64,000 bases of DNA from Thiobacillaceae bacterium (GCA_041640815.1 JBEPZO010000003.1:21-64020); one strand, 5' to 3'. Shown: positions 14,316-24,743, counted from the stretch's first letter. A program made the numbers and translations. The notes: generated from the letters alone by a model not told the origin.

Positions 14316-14908
14316 CATTTCGGGGCCGAACGGCTGCCGTACTTGCGGACGATACCGACGACGACGCCGAAGACCTCTAAGCTGCCGCGCGGGCGGATGA
14401 CGGGGTAGGCCGGGTTGGCGGGCTTGAGGACATAGGCCCCCTGTTCCTTGGCCAAGTATTTCAGGGTGAACTCGTCATCGACGATGGCTACCACCAGGTC
14501 GCCCTCCCGCGCCTGCCGGCCGCGCTCGACGATGGCGATATCCCCCGGCTGGATGCCGGCATCCTGCATGGAGTCCCCCTTCACCCGCACGAGCACGGTG
14601 CGCGACGGGTGTTCGATGAGATATTCGTCCAGGGTCAGGGTCTCCTTCACCGAATCATCGGCGGCATGCGGGAAGCCGGCGCGAACGGATTCGGCCAGCA
14701 CGCGCTCGAAGAAGCGCGGACCGGGCTTCAAGCGCCGGTCTGGCATGGCCTCCAGATAGCCATTGAGGCGCAGCCGCGCCACCAAGGCAGCAACGGAAGA
14801 CTTGGATTTGAGCCCCAGCAATTCACCGATGCCGGAATAGGGCGGAAACACGCGGTGGCGGGCGTAATAGTCTTGCAGCTTGGCGAGATAGGCGGCGTCT
14901 TGAGCCAT
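14315..14908 (-). CDS. LexA-like S24 peptidase transcriptional repressor
   Basis: N-terminal winged-HTH-like region, Ala-Gly cleavage context (VRAGFP), Ser nucleophile (KGDSMQDAGI) and Lys (FTLKYL). Start at the internal ATG (MAQDAAYL). Confidence 0.8.
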   Translation of the reverse strand: MAQDAAYLAKLQDYYARHRVFPPYSGIGELLGLKSKSSVAALVARLRLNGYLEAMPDRRLKPGPRFFERVLAESVRAGFPHAADDSVKETLTLDEYLIEHPSRTVLVRVKGDSMQDAGIQPGDIAIVERGRQAREGDLVVAIVDDEFTLKYLAKEQGAYVLKPANPAYPVIRPRGSLEVFGVVVGIVRKYGSRSAPK

Positions 14909-14941
14909 GGCAGGCACACTCCCAAGTTGAGCTGCCTCAGT

Positions 14942-14959
14942 ATAGAACGATCGTTCTAT
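14942..14959. promoter_or_regulatory. Perfect 18-bp palindrome, candidate operator of the LexA-like repressor
   Basis: ATAGAACGATCGTTCTAT (GAAC-N4-GTTC core) lies 33 nt upstream of the lexA-like ATG, in the short lpxH/lexA spacer. Confidence 0.5.
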
Positions 14960-14973
14960 GCTGACAACTACCG

Positions 14974-15711
14974 CTACGTGAGATGAACCAGATGGCAGCC
15001 CGCTTCCTGGCAGACCAGATAGCCGCCACCTGCGTACCACTCGGGCAGGACCCAGCGTTCGCAGGGTTGATCGTCGACCAGCAGCCGGTGGTGGGCCGGG
15101 CGATGGGTATGACCGTGGATGATGCGCCGCACCCCATGCTGGCGGAAGGCGTTCAGCACCGCATCAGGGTTGGCGTCCATGATCTCGAGGCGCTTGTCGC
15201 CTTTCGCCTGCTCGCTCTGCTCCCGCAGCTGACGCGCCAGAAGTAGCCGCTGCGGCAGCGGACGGGAGAGAAAATCGGCCTGCCAGGCCGGATCGCGCAC
15301 GAGGCGGCGGAAGCGCTGATAATCGAGATCGTCGGTGCAGAGGGTGTCGCCATGCATGAGGAGCGTGGGTTGGCCGTACAGATCGACCACCTGCGGCTCC
15401 GGCAGGAGGCTGCCGCCGGTTGCCTCGGCAAAGGCGGCACCCAGGAGAAAATCCCGGTTGCCATGCATGAAGTACAAGCGCACACCTTGTGCGACCAGCC
15501 CGCGCAGGGCGGCGACCACCTGCGCAGGGAAGGGCTCGGTCAAGGCGTCATCCCCCACCCAGGCCTCGAAAAAATCGCCCAGGATGTAGAGCGCCTCGGC
15601 AGACGTGGCGACGTGTGCCAGGAAATGGAAGAAGCGATCGACCGCCGCCGGCCGCTCGGCCGTCAGATGCAGGTCGGAGATGAACAGGCAGTGGCGCTGC
15701 TCCCCGGCCAT
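14974..15711 (-). CDS. lpxH: UDP-2,3-diacylglucosamine diphosphatase
   Basis: LFISDLHL..ALYILGDFFEAWVGDD..GNRDFL..LMHGDTLCTDD..YQ.FR calcineurin-like motifs. Start at the internal ATG (MAGEQRH). Confidence 0.85.
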   Translation of the reverse strand: MAGEQRHCLFISDLHLTAERPAAVDRFFHFLAHVATSAEALYILGDFFEAWVGDDALTEPFPAQVVAALRGLVAQGVRLYFMHGNRDFLLGAAFAEATGGSLLPEPQVVDLYGQPTLLMHGDTLCTDDLDYQRFRRLVRDPAWQADFLSRPLPQRLLLARQLREQSEQAKGDKRLEIMDANPDAVLNAFRQHGVRRIIHGHTHRPAHHRLLVDDQPCERWVLPEWYAGGGYLVCQEAGCHLVHLT

Positions 15712-15988
15712 GGCACCTGCGTAAGCATCGCCCTTCCCTGCCATGGGCGGTGTGGACATTAGCCGCGCAGCGGCAGATTGAGGCGGGTTGGCCGACTTGC
15801 CAGCGACGTGGTGAGACATGAGGTTTGGTTGTGTATGGGGTAGCAGCGTAAGTGATAACGGTAAAGCCGCGCCGACAAGTGGGGAGGAAGAGCAGATAGA
15901 AGGCATCCACCTTGCCTTACTAGGCGGGGCGCTATGTTCCACCGCGTCGACCCTATGGTGGTCAAACGGTTCCTAGGCGAGTGGCGAT

Positions 15989-16495
15989 TCACGCTGCATT
16001 TGGCTCTTGCACATCGATACGCTCAATCACCACCGGTTCCAAGGGCACATCCTGATGTCCAGCAAGGATACCCGTTCTGACCTTTTTGATCCGGGCGACT
16101 GTGTCCTGTCCGGCGACAACCCGGCCAAAGACACAGTAGCCATACCCCTGTGGGGTTGGCTCGGTGTAATCGAGAAAAGGGTTGTCCGCGACGTTGATAA
16201 AAAACTGGCTAGTCGCCGAATGAGGGTAAGGAGTGCGCGCCATAGCAATCGTATAAGCGGTGTTTTTTAGGCCATTATTGGCCTCGCTTTGAATAGGCGC
16301 GTGGGTTGGCTTTAACTGCATATCCTCCGTATAGCCCCCACCTTGAATGATGAAGCCGTCGATGACGCGATGAAAGATGGTCCTGTCGTAGTACCCTTCC
16401 TTGGCGTAACGCAAAAAATTGGCCACAGTAAGCGGCGCCCGAGCGGCGTCAAGTTCCAGGGTGATCGGGCCGAAATTGGTGTGTAGGATAACCAT
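15989..16495 (-). CDS. ppiB: Peptidyl-prolyl cis-trans isomerase, cyclophilin type (cytoplasmic)
   Basis: [21 protein letters not shown]...[24 protein letters not shown] motifs. No signal peptide from the chosen start. Confidence 0.85.
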   Translation of the reverse strand: MVILHTNFGPITLELDAARAPLTVANFLRYAKEGYYDRTIFHRVIDGFIIQGGGYTEDMQLKPTHAPIQSEANNGLKNTAYTIAMARTPYPHSATSQFFINVADNPFLDYTEPTPQGYGYCVFGRVVAGQDTVARIKKVRTGILAGHQDVPLEPVVIERIDVQEPNAA

Positions 16496-16637
16496 AGCCA
16501 AAGTCTTTTTATGATTTCGCTTCGGCAACAAGGCCGGGGCAAACGGCGAATACAAGATACTCTTCTGGCGGAAGATAACCCCGGTGATTTACGGACTGCG
16601 CTTGAGTCGGTATTAGCTCTACTCCATACTCCATAGG

Positions 16638-17873
16638 TTATCGGCGTGCCAGCACCATCGCTACTGACCGGTTAGCAGACGATGTATGTTCCATGGCAAT
16701 GCGCCATTGACCGTCACTAGCACGCAAGTACAGCCGTTTGGCCGTGGTGTCGCGCAAGCGATCACTTTGGTACTCCTGGGTGAAAGCGACTACAGCAACT
16801 TGCGTATCAGGTAGAAACACACTGATATTCGACAACGCAATGCGTATCCAGTCCTTGTTTTCAATATTACGACGCTTGGTTGTCGCCCAGGTCTTGTTCA
16901 ACATGTCAGGTAGATAATGGCGGAAGAATCGTGCCACGTCGCGTGCTTCCCAGTCCGTACGCCATTGCTCCAGTATAGTAAGCAGCTCCTGCCGCTGCAT
17001 CTCCCAGCTCACGGGATCCAGCCAATCACTGCGTTCAGCGATAATGACTGGTGTTTTACCAACTTCGATAAATTGCGCCAGATCGGTTAGATCAGGATTC
17101 GCCAGTACTAGACAGCCGTCGCTCGCGCGTGGCGGCCTGCTATAGGTGCCGGATGGTGTGCCATGAATCCAGATGCCATGCCCGCTACGACCGTGCAGAC
17201 GATCCCACTCATTCGGATAGTCCAGGGGATAAGCGCCAGCGCCGTAGAAATCGCTCAATTGGCTTCGTGGTAAATAGCCGGAAATGGTATAGACGCCGAC
17301 CGGCGTTTTCTTGTCTCCCTCCACCCGTTTATCGGTCCCGTTGCGACCAATGGTCAGGTAATAATCGCGCACGAGCCGAGGTACGCCATTGACATTTTCA
17401 AACACATACAAGCGCGCGCGACTGGCATCGGCGAGCAAGGCGTACTTGTGTTCAGGTGACAGCATAAGCAGCTGTCTGGGCAAATGATCCGGACGGGGTT
17501 GATCGAGGTAGCGCATGAGCCTCATGCGCGCCTCTTCTCGGAGGTCGTTCAGCGATACTGGTGAAGCCCGAGGCACCTCCCCCATCGTAGAGAGCGGGCG
17601 AACGCGGGCAAGTAGCAGGTCGCCGCGTATCAGATGGGCTAGCCTAAAATCGGGACGAATGGAAATAAGCTGGTTGATGCTATTGAGCGCAGTATCCAGT
17701 CGGCTAGCACGGATCTCCAGCAAGGTCTGGGCCAACAGGACATCCGGCGAGAGCAAGCGGCTAGGCGCTTCGGTAGATGCTAGACGCAGAACAGATTCAT
17801 TGGCCTGCGACGATACGCCGATAGCAATCAAAAAGAGCAAAAACCAGAAGGACTGGGAGAACCTGCCGTGCAT
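16638..17873 (-). CDS. L,D-transpeptidase (YkuD domain) with a C-terminal NTF2/SnoaL-like (Cds6-type) domain
   Basis: Signal peptide and catalytic HGIWIHGTP..SDGCLVLAN motif. The C-terminal ~100 aa are paralogous to the C-terminus of the upstream TPR protein. Confidence 0.8.
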   Translation of the reverse strand: MHGRFSQSFWFLLFLIAIGVSSQANESVLRLASTEAPSRLLSPDVLLAQTLLEIRASRLDTALNSINQLISIRPDFRLAHLIRGDLLLARVRPLSTMGEVPRASPVSLNDLREEARMRLMRYLDQPRPDHLPRQLLMLSPEHKYALLADASRARLYVFENVNGVPRLVRDYYLTIGRNGTDKRVEGDKKTPVGVYTISGYLPRSQLSDFYGAGAYPLDYPNEWDRLHGRSGHGIWIHGTPSGTYSRPPRASDGCLVLANPDLTDLAQFIEVGKTPVIIAERSDWLDPVSWEMQRQELLTILEQWRTDWEARDVARFFRHYLPDMLNKTWATTKRRNIENKDWIRIALSNISVFLPDTQVAVVAFTQEYQSDRLRDTTAKRLYLRASDGQWRIAMEHTSSANRSVAMVLARR

Positions 17874-17877
17874 CACC

Positions 17878-19014
17878 CTAGCGTTCGCTAATGATCTTCC
17901 ACTGCCCATCTTGGAGCTCCAATTCTAGCGTCTTGTTATACGTGCCTTGGAGATGCTCGGCCTCATAACGCTGTTTGAACTTGGCCGTAGCCTTGCCTTC
18001 GGTGACAGTGAGACTAAGGTTGCTAACCTGGACTTTGATCTGTTTCGGAGCGAGTAAGCGCTGACGACGTTGCGCTTCCCACGCAGATCGATCTATGCCA
18101 TGCGGGGGGACGAAATTCTTGCCATAAAAAGCTAGATATGCTGCCACATCCTGCCTGCTCCAGGCCTGGGCCCAGTCGCGGATCGTCTTCTCGATCGCCG
18201 CCTTGGCCTCTGCCGGGGGAGAGGCGGCTGCGGCAGGCAAAGGCGTGACCCCTGCTGGCGTCTCAGGCGTTGACTGGGTGCGCGCGCCGGTGGCGTCGGC
18301 GAGCGCCGCGTCGGGCCTGACCTCCTCGCTGTCGGCGACCACCGCCTTCCTCGCCTCGCCGCTGCCCGCTGGCTCCGGGCTGGTGCTGGTGGCCTCTTTC
18401 CCCGGGGCAGGCACCGTCGCACTGCCAGCTGGCGCCCTGGCCGCCGGCTTGGCCGCGGACCGCGTCGCGCTAGGCCTGGCCGCCTCTGCCTTGGCAGCAT
18501 CGGCCACCCGGGTCGGGCTGAACAATTCCCGTATCAAGGCCAGCTTGGTCTGGGCCGAGACGTTGGACGCGTCGAGTTGTAAGGCCTTGTCGTAGGCCAG
18601 CGAGGCCATCTTGGCATAGACGTCGCCTAGGTTTTCGTGCGCCGTGGCATAGCTCGGGTGGGTGCGAATGGCCTGCTCCAGACTCTGTTTCGCCCGCTCG
18701 TATTGACCCTGGGCGGCATACAGCACGGCGAGATTGTTGTAGGGCTCGGGCAACTGCGGATAGTCGGCGGTGAGGTCGGAAAAGACCTTGATCGCCTCCT
18801 GGTAACGATTGAGTTCGGTGAGGATAAGCCCCTTCAGGAAACGGCCCTGCGCGTCCTTGGGGTTAGCCGCCAGATAGGCGTCGATCTTGGCGAGCGCCTG
18901 GGTATGCCGGCCTTGACGGAACAGCTGACTGGCGTCCTGCCAGCCTTCGCTGCTGGCACCGACCAGTGCCGGCAAGCAGACGAGGAAGATGAGCGCGAAT
19001 CGGGTGATTGACAT
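17878..19014 (-). CDS. Secreted TPR-repeat protein with a low-complexity Ala/Pro linker and a C-terminal NTF2/SnoaL-like (Cds6-type) domain
   Basis: Signal peptide [23 protein letters not shown]-like repeats (..[17 protein letters not shown]..), then [29 protein letters not shown]. Confidence 0.7.
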   Translation of the reverse strand: MSITRFALIFLVCLPALVGASSEGWQDASQLFRQGRHTQALAKIDAYLAANPKDAQGRFLKGLILTELNRYQEAIKVFSDLTADYPQLPEPYNNLAVLYAAQGQYERAKQSLEQAIRTHPSYATAHENLGDVYAKMASLAYDKALQLDASNVSAQTKLALIRELFSPTRVADAAKAEAARPSATRSAAKPAARAPAGSATVPAPGKEATSTSPEPAGSGEARKAVVADSEEVRPDAALADATGARTQSTPETPAGVTPLPAAAASPPAEAKAAIEKTIRDWAQAWSRQDVAAYLAFYGKNFVPPHGIDRSAWEAQRRQRLLAPKQIKVQVSNLSLTVTEGKATAKFKQRYEAEHLQGTYNKTLELELQDGQWKIISER

Positions 19015-19101
19015 CGGTGCTATACTCTCAACCGCAGCGTACAGTTGATGACCGCGCCAATTCTAGCAGACGGCCAAACCCATCGCAGCCCACCCCTAGC
19101 C

Positions 19102-20778
19102 ATGAGCGACAGCGCCCCGGTGCAGCATTTCATCCGCTCGATCATCGAGCACGACCTGGCCAGCGGCAAGCACACCACAGTCGTCACCCGCTTTCCGCCG
19201 GAACCAAATGGCTACCTGCACATCGGTCATGCCAAGTCCATCTGCCTGAATTTCGGCCTCGCCCAAGATTACGGCGGCCGCTGCAACCTGCGCTTCGACG
19301 ACACCAACCCGGAGAAAGAGACGCTGGAATACGCCGAGGCGATCCAGGAGGACGTGCGCTGGCTCGGTTTCGAGTGGGATGGACCGGTGCGCTGGGCGTC
19401 GGACTATTTCCCGCAGCTCTACGAATATGCCGAAGAGCTGATTCGCAAGGGCCTGGCCTATGTGGACGAGCTCACCCCCGAGCAGATGCGCGAATATCGC
19501 GGCACCCTCACCGAGCCAGGCCGCCCGAGTCCCTGGCGGGAGCGCAGCGTCGAGGAGAACCTGGATCTCTTCCGCCGCATGCGCGCCGGCGAGTTTCCCG
19601 ATGGCTCCAAAACACTGCGCGCCAAGATCGACATGGCCAGCCCCAACATCAACCTGCGCGACCCGGTGCTCTACCGCATCAAGCGCACGCAGCACTTCCG
19701 CACCGGCAATGCCTGGGTGATCTACCCCATGTACGACTACACCCACTGCATCTCCGACGCGCTGGAGGGCATCACCCACTCCCTATGCACCCTGGAGTTC
19801 GAAGACCACCGACCGCTCTACGACTGGGTGCTGGACCACATCAGCATCGACTGCCACCCGCAGCAGATCGAGTTCTCACGCCTCGAGCTGCGCTACACCG
19901 TCACCAGCAAGCGCAAACTCAACCAGCTCGTCGCCGAAGGCCACGTCGCCGGCTGGGACGACCCGCGCCTGCCGACGCTCAGGGGGATGCGCCGGCGCGG
20001 CTACACGCCCGCGGGGATACGCGAGTTCATCCGCCGCATCGGCATCTCGAAATCGGAGAACATCGTCGACCTCTCGGTGCTCGAGGGCTGCATCCGTGAA
20101 GACCTCGAGGCCAAGGCGCCGCGGGTGATGGCGGTGCTTAAGCCACTGAAGGTGGTATTGACCAATTATCAAGAAGGGGTAAGCGGAAGCCGCGAGGCGG
20201 ACTTCCATCCCAACCGTCCCGAATTCGGCCGCCGTGCAGTACCCTTACACCGCGAGATCTGGATCGAGCGCGACGATTTCACCGAGACGCCGCCCGAAGG
20301 CTGGCAGCGCCTCACCCCTGGAGGAGAGGTGCGACTGCGCTACTCCTACGTCATCCGCTGCGATGAGGTGATCAAGAACGCCCAGGGCGAGGTGGTGGAA
20401 CTGCGCTGCAGCATCGACCACGACACCCTGGGCAAGAACCCGCAAGGTCGCAAAGTCAAGGGGGTCATCCACTGGGTCTCCGCACTGCATGCCCTGCCGG
20501 CCGAGATACGGCTCTATGACCGGCTGTTCACCGACCCGGAGCCGGATGGCCACAAGGATCGCGATTTTCTCGACTTCCTCAACCCGCACTCCCTGGAGGT
20601 GGTGCAGGGTTGGGTAGAGGCTTGCGTGCGCGACGCGCCACCCGAGACCCACTACCAATTCGAACGCCTGGGCTATTTTTGCACTGACCGGCACGACCAC
20701 CGCCCAGGCGAGCGGCTCGTGTTCAACCGCACCGTGACGCTGAAGGACTCCTGGGCGAAGGGACAGACGGGGCCCTGA
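19102..20778 (+). CDS. glnS: Glutamine--tRNA ligase
   Basis: [17 protein letters not shown] (HIGH) and VTSKRKL (KMSKS-like) motifs. About 558 aa from the internal ATG. Confidence 0.95.
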   Translation: MSDSAPVQHFIRSIIEHDLASGKHTTVVTRFPPEPNGYLHIGHAKSICLNFGLAQDYGGRCNLRFDDTNPEKETLEYAEAIQEDVRWLGFEWDGPVRWASDYFPQLYEYAEELIRKGLAYVDELTPEQMREYRGTLTEPGRPSPWRERSVEENLDLFRRMRAGEFPDGSKTLRAKIDMASPNINLRDPVLYRIKRTQHFRTGNAWVIYPMYDYTHCISDALEGITHSLCTLEFEDHRPLYDWVLDHISIDCHPQQIEFSRLELRYTVTSKRKLNQLVAEGHVAGWDDPRLPTLRGMRRRGYTPAGIREFIRRIGISKSENIVDLSVLEGCIREDLEAKAPRVMAVLKPLKVVLTNYQEGVSGSREADFHPNRPEFGRRAVPLHREIWIERDDFTETPPEGWQRLTPGGEVRLRYSYVIRCDEVIKNAQGEVVELRCSIDHDTLGKNPQGRKVKGVIHWVSALHALPAEIRLYDRLFTDPEPDGHKDRDFLDFLNPHSLEVVQGWVEACVRDAPPETHYQFERLGYFCTDRHDHRPGERLVFNRTVTLKDSWAKGQTGP

Positions 20779-20793
20779 CGCGGGAGCGATCCG

Positions 20794-21237
20794 ATGTTCA
20801 GGCGCATTTTGGTGGCCATGGATGGCAGCGACGCGGCACGGCGCGGCCTGGACCTCGCCATTCAGCTGGCGCGCGAGGGCAATGGCGAGCTGATGCTCTT
20901 GCATGTCTGCCAGCCGCCTTTACCCCTGGCGGTCAACGGCGACTGGACCATGCCTGCCCTCCCACCGCAGCCGCAGCGTGAGGTGGGCGCGCGCCTGTTG
21001 AAGGCTGCGCAGGAGACTTGCCGCCACGCAGGTGTCCGCGCCGAAACCCGCCTCGTGGATGCCGACGGGCGCGGTATCGGCCCCCTCATCTCGGAGACGG
21101 CAGCCGCTTGGCAGGCCGACCTGATCGTCGCAGGCAGCCATGCACGGCGCGGCCTGGACCGCTTGCTACTGGGCAGTGTGGCAGAGGGCATCCTGCGCAC
21201 GGCACGCCTCCCCGTCCTGTTGCTGCCCTTAAGCTAG
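20794..21237 (+). CDS. Universal stress protein (UspA family)
   Basis: [43 protein letters not shown]. 147 aa. Confidence 0.8.
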   Translation: MFRRILVAMDGSDAARRGLDLAIQLAREGNGELMLLHVCQPPLPLAVNGDWTMPALPPQPQREVGARLLKAAQETCRHAGVRAETRLVDADGRGIGPLISETAAAWQADLIVAGSHARRGLDRLLLGSVAEGILRTARLPVLLLPLS

Positions 21238-21244
21238 GATCGTC

Positions 21245-22621
21245 ATGCTCACCCTTTACAACTCCCTTAGCCGTAAAAAAGAGGTCTTTACCCCCATCAC
21301 GCCCGGGCAGGTACGCATGTACGTCTGCGGCATGACCGTCTACGACTACTGCCACCTGGGACATGCGCGCGTGTTGGTGGTGTTCGACATGGTCGTCCGC
21401 TGGCTGAGGGCCTCGGGCTACACGGTCACCTATGTGCGCAACATCACCGACATCGATGACAAGATCATCAAACGCGCGCAGGAAAACGGTGAGCCCTACA
21501 CCGCCCTCACCGAGCGTTACATTCGCGCCATGCACGAGGACGAACAGGCCCTCAATGTGCTGCCGCCGGATCGCGAGCCGCGCGCGACCGAATACATCGG
21601 CAAGATGCTGGACATGATCCAGCGCTTAATCGACCGCGGCCACGCCTATATCGCTGAAAATGGCGACGTCTATTACGCCGTGCGCAGCTATCCGCCCTAC
21701 GGCCAACTGTCCGGTAAGTCGCTCGACGACCTCATTGCCGGTGAGCGGGTCGAGGTGGACCCGCACAAGCGCGACCCGCTCGACTTCGTGCTCTGGAAGG
21801 CGGCCAAACCCGGCGAGCCGTCCTGGCCGTCGCCCTGGGGACCGGGGCGGCCCGGCTGGCACATCGAGTGCTCGGCCATGGGCACCGATCTGCTCGGCCC
21901 GCACTTCGACATCCACGGCGGCGGCCAGGACCTGCAATTCCCCCACCACGAAAACGAGATCGCCCAGTCGGAAGGGGCCTACGGTTGCAAATTCGTCAAC
22001 TACTGGCTGCACAACGGCTTCGTGCGCGTGGACAACGAAAAGATGTCCAAGAGCCTGGGCAATTTCTTCACCATCCGCGAGGTGATCGCCCGCTATCACC
22101 CAGAAGTCGTGCGCTTTTTCATCCTGCGCGCCCACTACCGTAGTCCGCTCAATTATTCCGACCAGCACTTGGCGGATGCTAAGAGTGCCCTGTCGCGGCT
22201 ATACCTAGCGCTGCGTGGCTTGGAGGCCGAGGTCGCGCCGATCGACTGGCAATCACCCTATGCCGCACGCTTCAAAGCGGCCATGGACGACGACTTCAAC
22301 ACGCCCGAGGCCCTGGCCGTGCTCTTTGAACTTGCCAATGAGCTCAACAAACACCGCAGCGCCGAGCTCGCCGGGCAGCTCAAGGCATTGGGCGGCGTGC
22401 TCGGTCTGCTGCAACGCCCCCCTGAAGAGTTCTTACGGGCAGCGAGCGCTAAAAGCGGCTCGGATTACTCCGAGGTGCGCATCGAGGCGCTGATCCGCGA
22501 GCGTCTCGAGGCGCGCCGCGCCAAGGACTACAAGCGAGCGGATGCCATCCGTGACGAGCTGAAGGCAGCCGGCATCGTGCTCGAAGACACGCCCTCCGGC
22601 ACGACCTGGCGGCGCGCCTAA
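21245..22621 (+). CDS. cysS: Cysteine--tRNA ligase
   Basis: [18 protein letters not shown] (HIGH), [17 protein letters not shown] motifs. 458 aa. Confidence 0.95.
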   Translation: MLTLYNSLSRKKEVFTPITPGQVRMYVCGMTVYDYCHLGHARVLVVFDMVVRWLRASGYTVTYVRNITDIDDKIIKRAQENGEPYTALTERYIRAMHEDEQALNVLPPDREPRATEYIGKMLDMIQRLIDRGHAYIAENGDVYYAVRSYPPYGQLSGKSLDDLIAGERVEVDPHKRDPLDFVLWKAAKPGEPSWPSPWGPGRPGWHIECSAMGTDLLGPHFDIHGGGQDLQFPHHENEIAQSEGAYGCKFVNYWLHNGFVRVDNEKMSKSLGNFFTIREVIARYHPEVVRFFILRAHYRSPLNYSDQHLADAKSALSRLYLALRGLEAEVAPIDWQSPYAARFKAAMDDDFNTPEALAVLFELANELNKHRSAELAGQLKALGGVLGLLQRPPEEFLRAASAKSGSDYSEVRIEALIRERLEARRAKDYKRADAIRDELKAAGIVLEDTPSGTTWRRA

Positions 22622-22634
22622 GAAAACGCTAAAA

Positions 22635-22669
22635 AAGCCGCAAGCGGGATGGAGGACCCGCAGCGGCTT
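22635..22669 (+). terminator. Compound stem-loop downstream of cysS (atypical terminator; no downstream T-run)
   Basis: AAGCCGC..GCGGG-(8)-CCCGC..GCGGCTT nested hairpin, preceded by A6. Confidence 0.3.
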
Positions 22670-22739
22670 GCCGCGAGACACTAGCGTTTCCCTTAGACTT
22701 TGAGACTAACAAGGTCATCAGTTGGTGCGCACATAAGTC

Positions 22740-23417
22740 ATGCGTTATCGCATCCTGCCTGTCACCCCCTTCGCGCAGAACTGCACCCTCCTGTGGTGCG
22801 AGGCGACCGGCCGCGCCGCGCTCATCGATCCAGGCGGCGAGGCAGAACGACTCCTGGCTGCGGTCGCCAGCGAGGGGGTGACCCTGGAGCGGCTGCTGCT
22901 CACGCATGGCCACTTGGACCACGTGGGCGCTGCGTTGGAATTGTCGCGGCGGCTTAACCTGCCGATCGAGGGGCCGCATGCCGCCGACGCCTTCTGGCTG
23001 GAGCAGCTGCCGCAGCAGGCGGCCTTGTTCGGTTTCCCGCCCGCAGAGCCCTTCGAGCCTCACCGCTGGCTTGCGGATGGCGATACGGTGCGCATTGGCA
23101 ATTTGTGCCTTGACGTGATCCATTGCCCGGGCCACACGCCCGGCCACGTCGTCTTTTACCACCCGGCCAGCCGCCTCGCCTTCGTCGGCGACGTGCTCTT
23201 TAAGGGCAGCATCGGTCGCACGGATTTCCCCTTTAGCGACACTCAAACACTGCTTCGGTCCATTCACGATAAGCTTCTCTCTTTGGGAGATGACATCAGC
23301 TTCGTACCCGGGCACGGTCCACAGTCATGCTTCGGCGATGAGCGTCGACATAATCCCTACCTGCAGAAATCGTTGCCTGCTCAGCATCTAGCCTCTAGTA
23401 CGGGTGCAAACGCTTGA
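22740..23417 (+). CDS. MBL-fold metallo-hydrolase (glyoxalase II/YcbL-like)
   Basis: THGHLDHVG metal motif, CPGHTPGH and later His/Asp ligands. 225 aa. Confidence 0.8.
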   Translation: MRYRILPVTPFAQNCTLLWCEATGRAALIDPGGEAERLLAAVASEGVTLERLLLTHGHLDHVGAALELSRRLNLPIEGPHAADAFWLEQLPQQAALFGFPPAEPFEPHRWLADGDTVRIGNLCLDVIHCPGHTPGHVVFYHPASRLAFVGDVLFKGSIGRTDFPFSDTQTLLRSIHDKLLSLGDDISFVPGHGPQSCFGDERRHNPYLQKSLPAQHLASSTGANA

Positions 23418-23510
23418 AAGCTGCCTAGGCGCGCGGTTTCCCTGTAGGTTGGTCTGCTACAGTATCTCCCCCACGCAGGCGCCACCTAGTTTACGATTGC
23501 GATCAGGACT

Positions 23511-23567
23511 ATAAGAACATAAGAATATTAATAGATTACTAGATTTTCTTTGCTGGTAGCAGTAGCA
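23511..23567. promoter_or_regulatory. AT-rich upstream region with three adjacent pairs of short direct repeats
   Basis: ATAAGAAcATAAGAA (23511-23525), TAGATTacTAGATT (23532-23545), GTAGCAGTAGCA (23556-23567), directly upstream of the tetraheme cytochrome gene. Confidence 0.3.
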
Positions 23568-23585
23568 TAAATAGGATTGTTATCG

Positions 23586-24743
23586 ATGACTGCACCCAAA
23601 ATGATTAAGACTGCCTCTGTTTTGTTGTTCGCGCTGCTTCTTGTTGCCTGCAGCAAGGAGCAACAGGCTACGCATGCAACGCAAACGCCCGCTATCAACG
23701 CTGACATCACTCAAGGTCGTAATCTCGCACAAGCCAAGTGCAGTAACTGTCATGGGCTTGATGGGCGTGGGCGAGAGCCACGCATCCCACACTTGGCGGG
23801 GCAAAAGCTAGGCTATCTCAAGCTGGCCATGCGCGAATATCGCACTGGTGATAGATCGCACATTGCGTTAAAGCAGCTTTTCTCTGAGCTTTCCGAAACC
23901 GAACTCGATAGCGTGGCCGCCTACTATGCCAGCCTCCCGCCAATCGCCCCGGCTAAGATTAACAGCAAAACGGCCGCAGCTACGGATGCTCTCCAAGCTG
24001 GCCGGGCCGCCGCTGCTGCCTGCGGCGTGTGCCATGGTGAGGACGGTAACTCTAAGCTAGCTGGCACGCCTAGCTTGGCCGGTCAACATCGCGACTACCT
24101 CCTCGCTGCGATGCAGGCCTACATAGACGGTACGCGTAAGCACACCGTAATGTACACACAGCTGACCGCTCTGGATACGGCGACGCTGCAAAATCTGGCC
24201 CAATACTATGCCGCGCAGCCGGCCAAGGCTGTGCAGCGTGTAATCACCGGTGATGTGAAAGCGGGTGAACGTCTAAGCGCCGCCTGCGGTGGCTGCCATG
24301 GACTGCAAGGTCAGACCGTAGATGCGCATACCCCAGCCTTGGCTGGACAAGACCCGGAATACCTCATCGCCAGCATGCAAGCCTACCGTGATGGCAGTCG
24401 TATCCATGCCGAGATGAAGGAATTACTCCAAGCCATGAACACCACTGAACTCGGACACATCGCAGCCTACTATGCTGCTCAAACACCGCGCCAAGGACAT
24501 GCCATCGCCAGCCTCTCCGCCAGCGAGTGGGTCAAGCGCTGCGATCGCTGCCATACACCGGCTGCTGACAATCCCCTCGTCCCCCGCATCGCGGGCCAGC
24601 AGCACGATTATTTGGCCCATGTATTGCGCGATTACCGTGAGAGTAAGCGCAAACAGTCGGTCATGCATGCCATGGTGGCGCCGTTAAGCGACGCAGATAT
24701 TGAGGGTATCGCTGCCTACTATTCGAGCCTTGGCCCGCGCTAG
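23586..24743 (+). CDS. Lipoprotein tetraheme c-type cytochrome (four tandem class-I / c4-half-like modules)
   Basis: Lipobox LLLVACS. Four CxxCH motifs (CSNCH, CGVCH, CGGCH, CDRCH), each followed by ..LAGQ...YL...M..Y..G.R......L......AAYYA. AGGA lies 9 nt before the ATG at 23586. Confidence 0.8.
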   Translation: MTAPKMIKTASVLLFALLLVACSKEQQATHATQTPAINADITQGRNLAQAKCSNCHGLDGRGREPRIPHLAGQKLGYLKLAMREYRTGDRSHIALKQLFSELSETELDSVAAYYASLPPIAPAKINSKTAAATDALQAGRAAAAACGVCHGEDGNSKLAGTPSLAGQHRDYLLAAMQAYIDGTRKHTVMYTQLTALDTATLQNLAQYYAAQPAKAVQRVITGDVKAGERLSAACGGCHGLQGQTVDAHTPALAGQDPEYLIASMQAYRDGSRIHAEMKELLQAMNTTELGHIAAYYAAQTPRQGHAIASLSASEWVKRCDRCHTPAADNPLVPRIAGQQHDYLAHVLRDYRESKRKQSVMHAMVAPLSDADIEGIAAYYSSLGPR

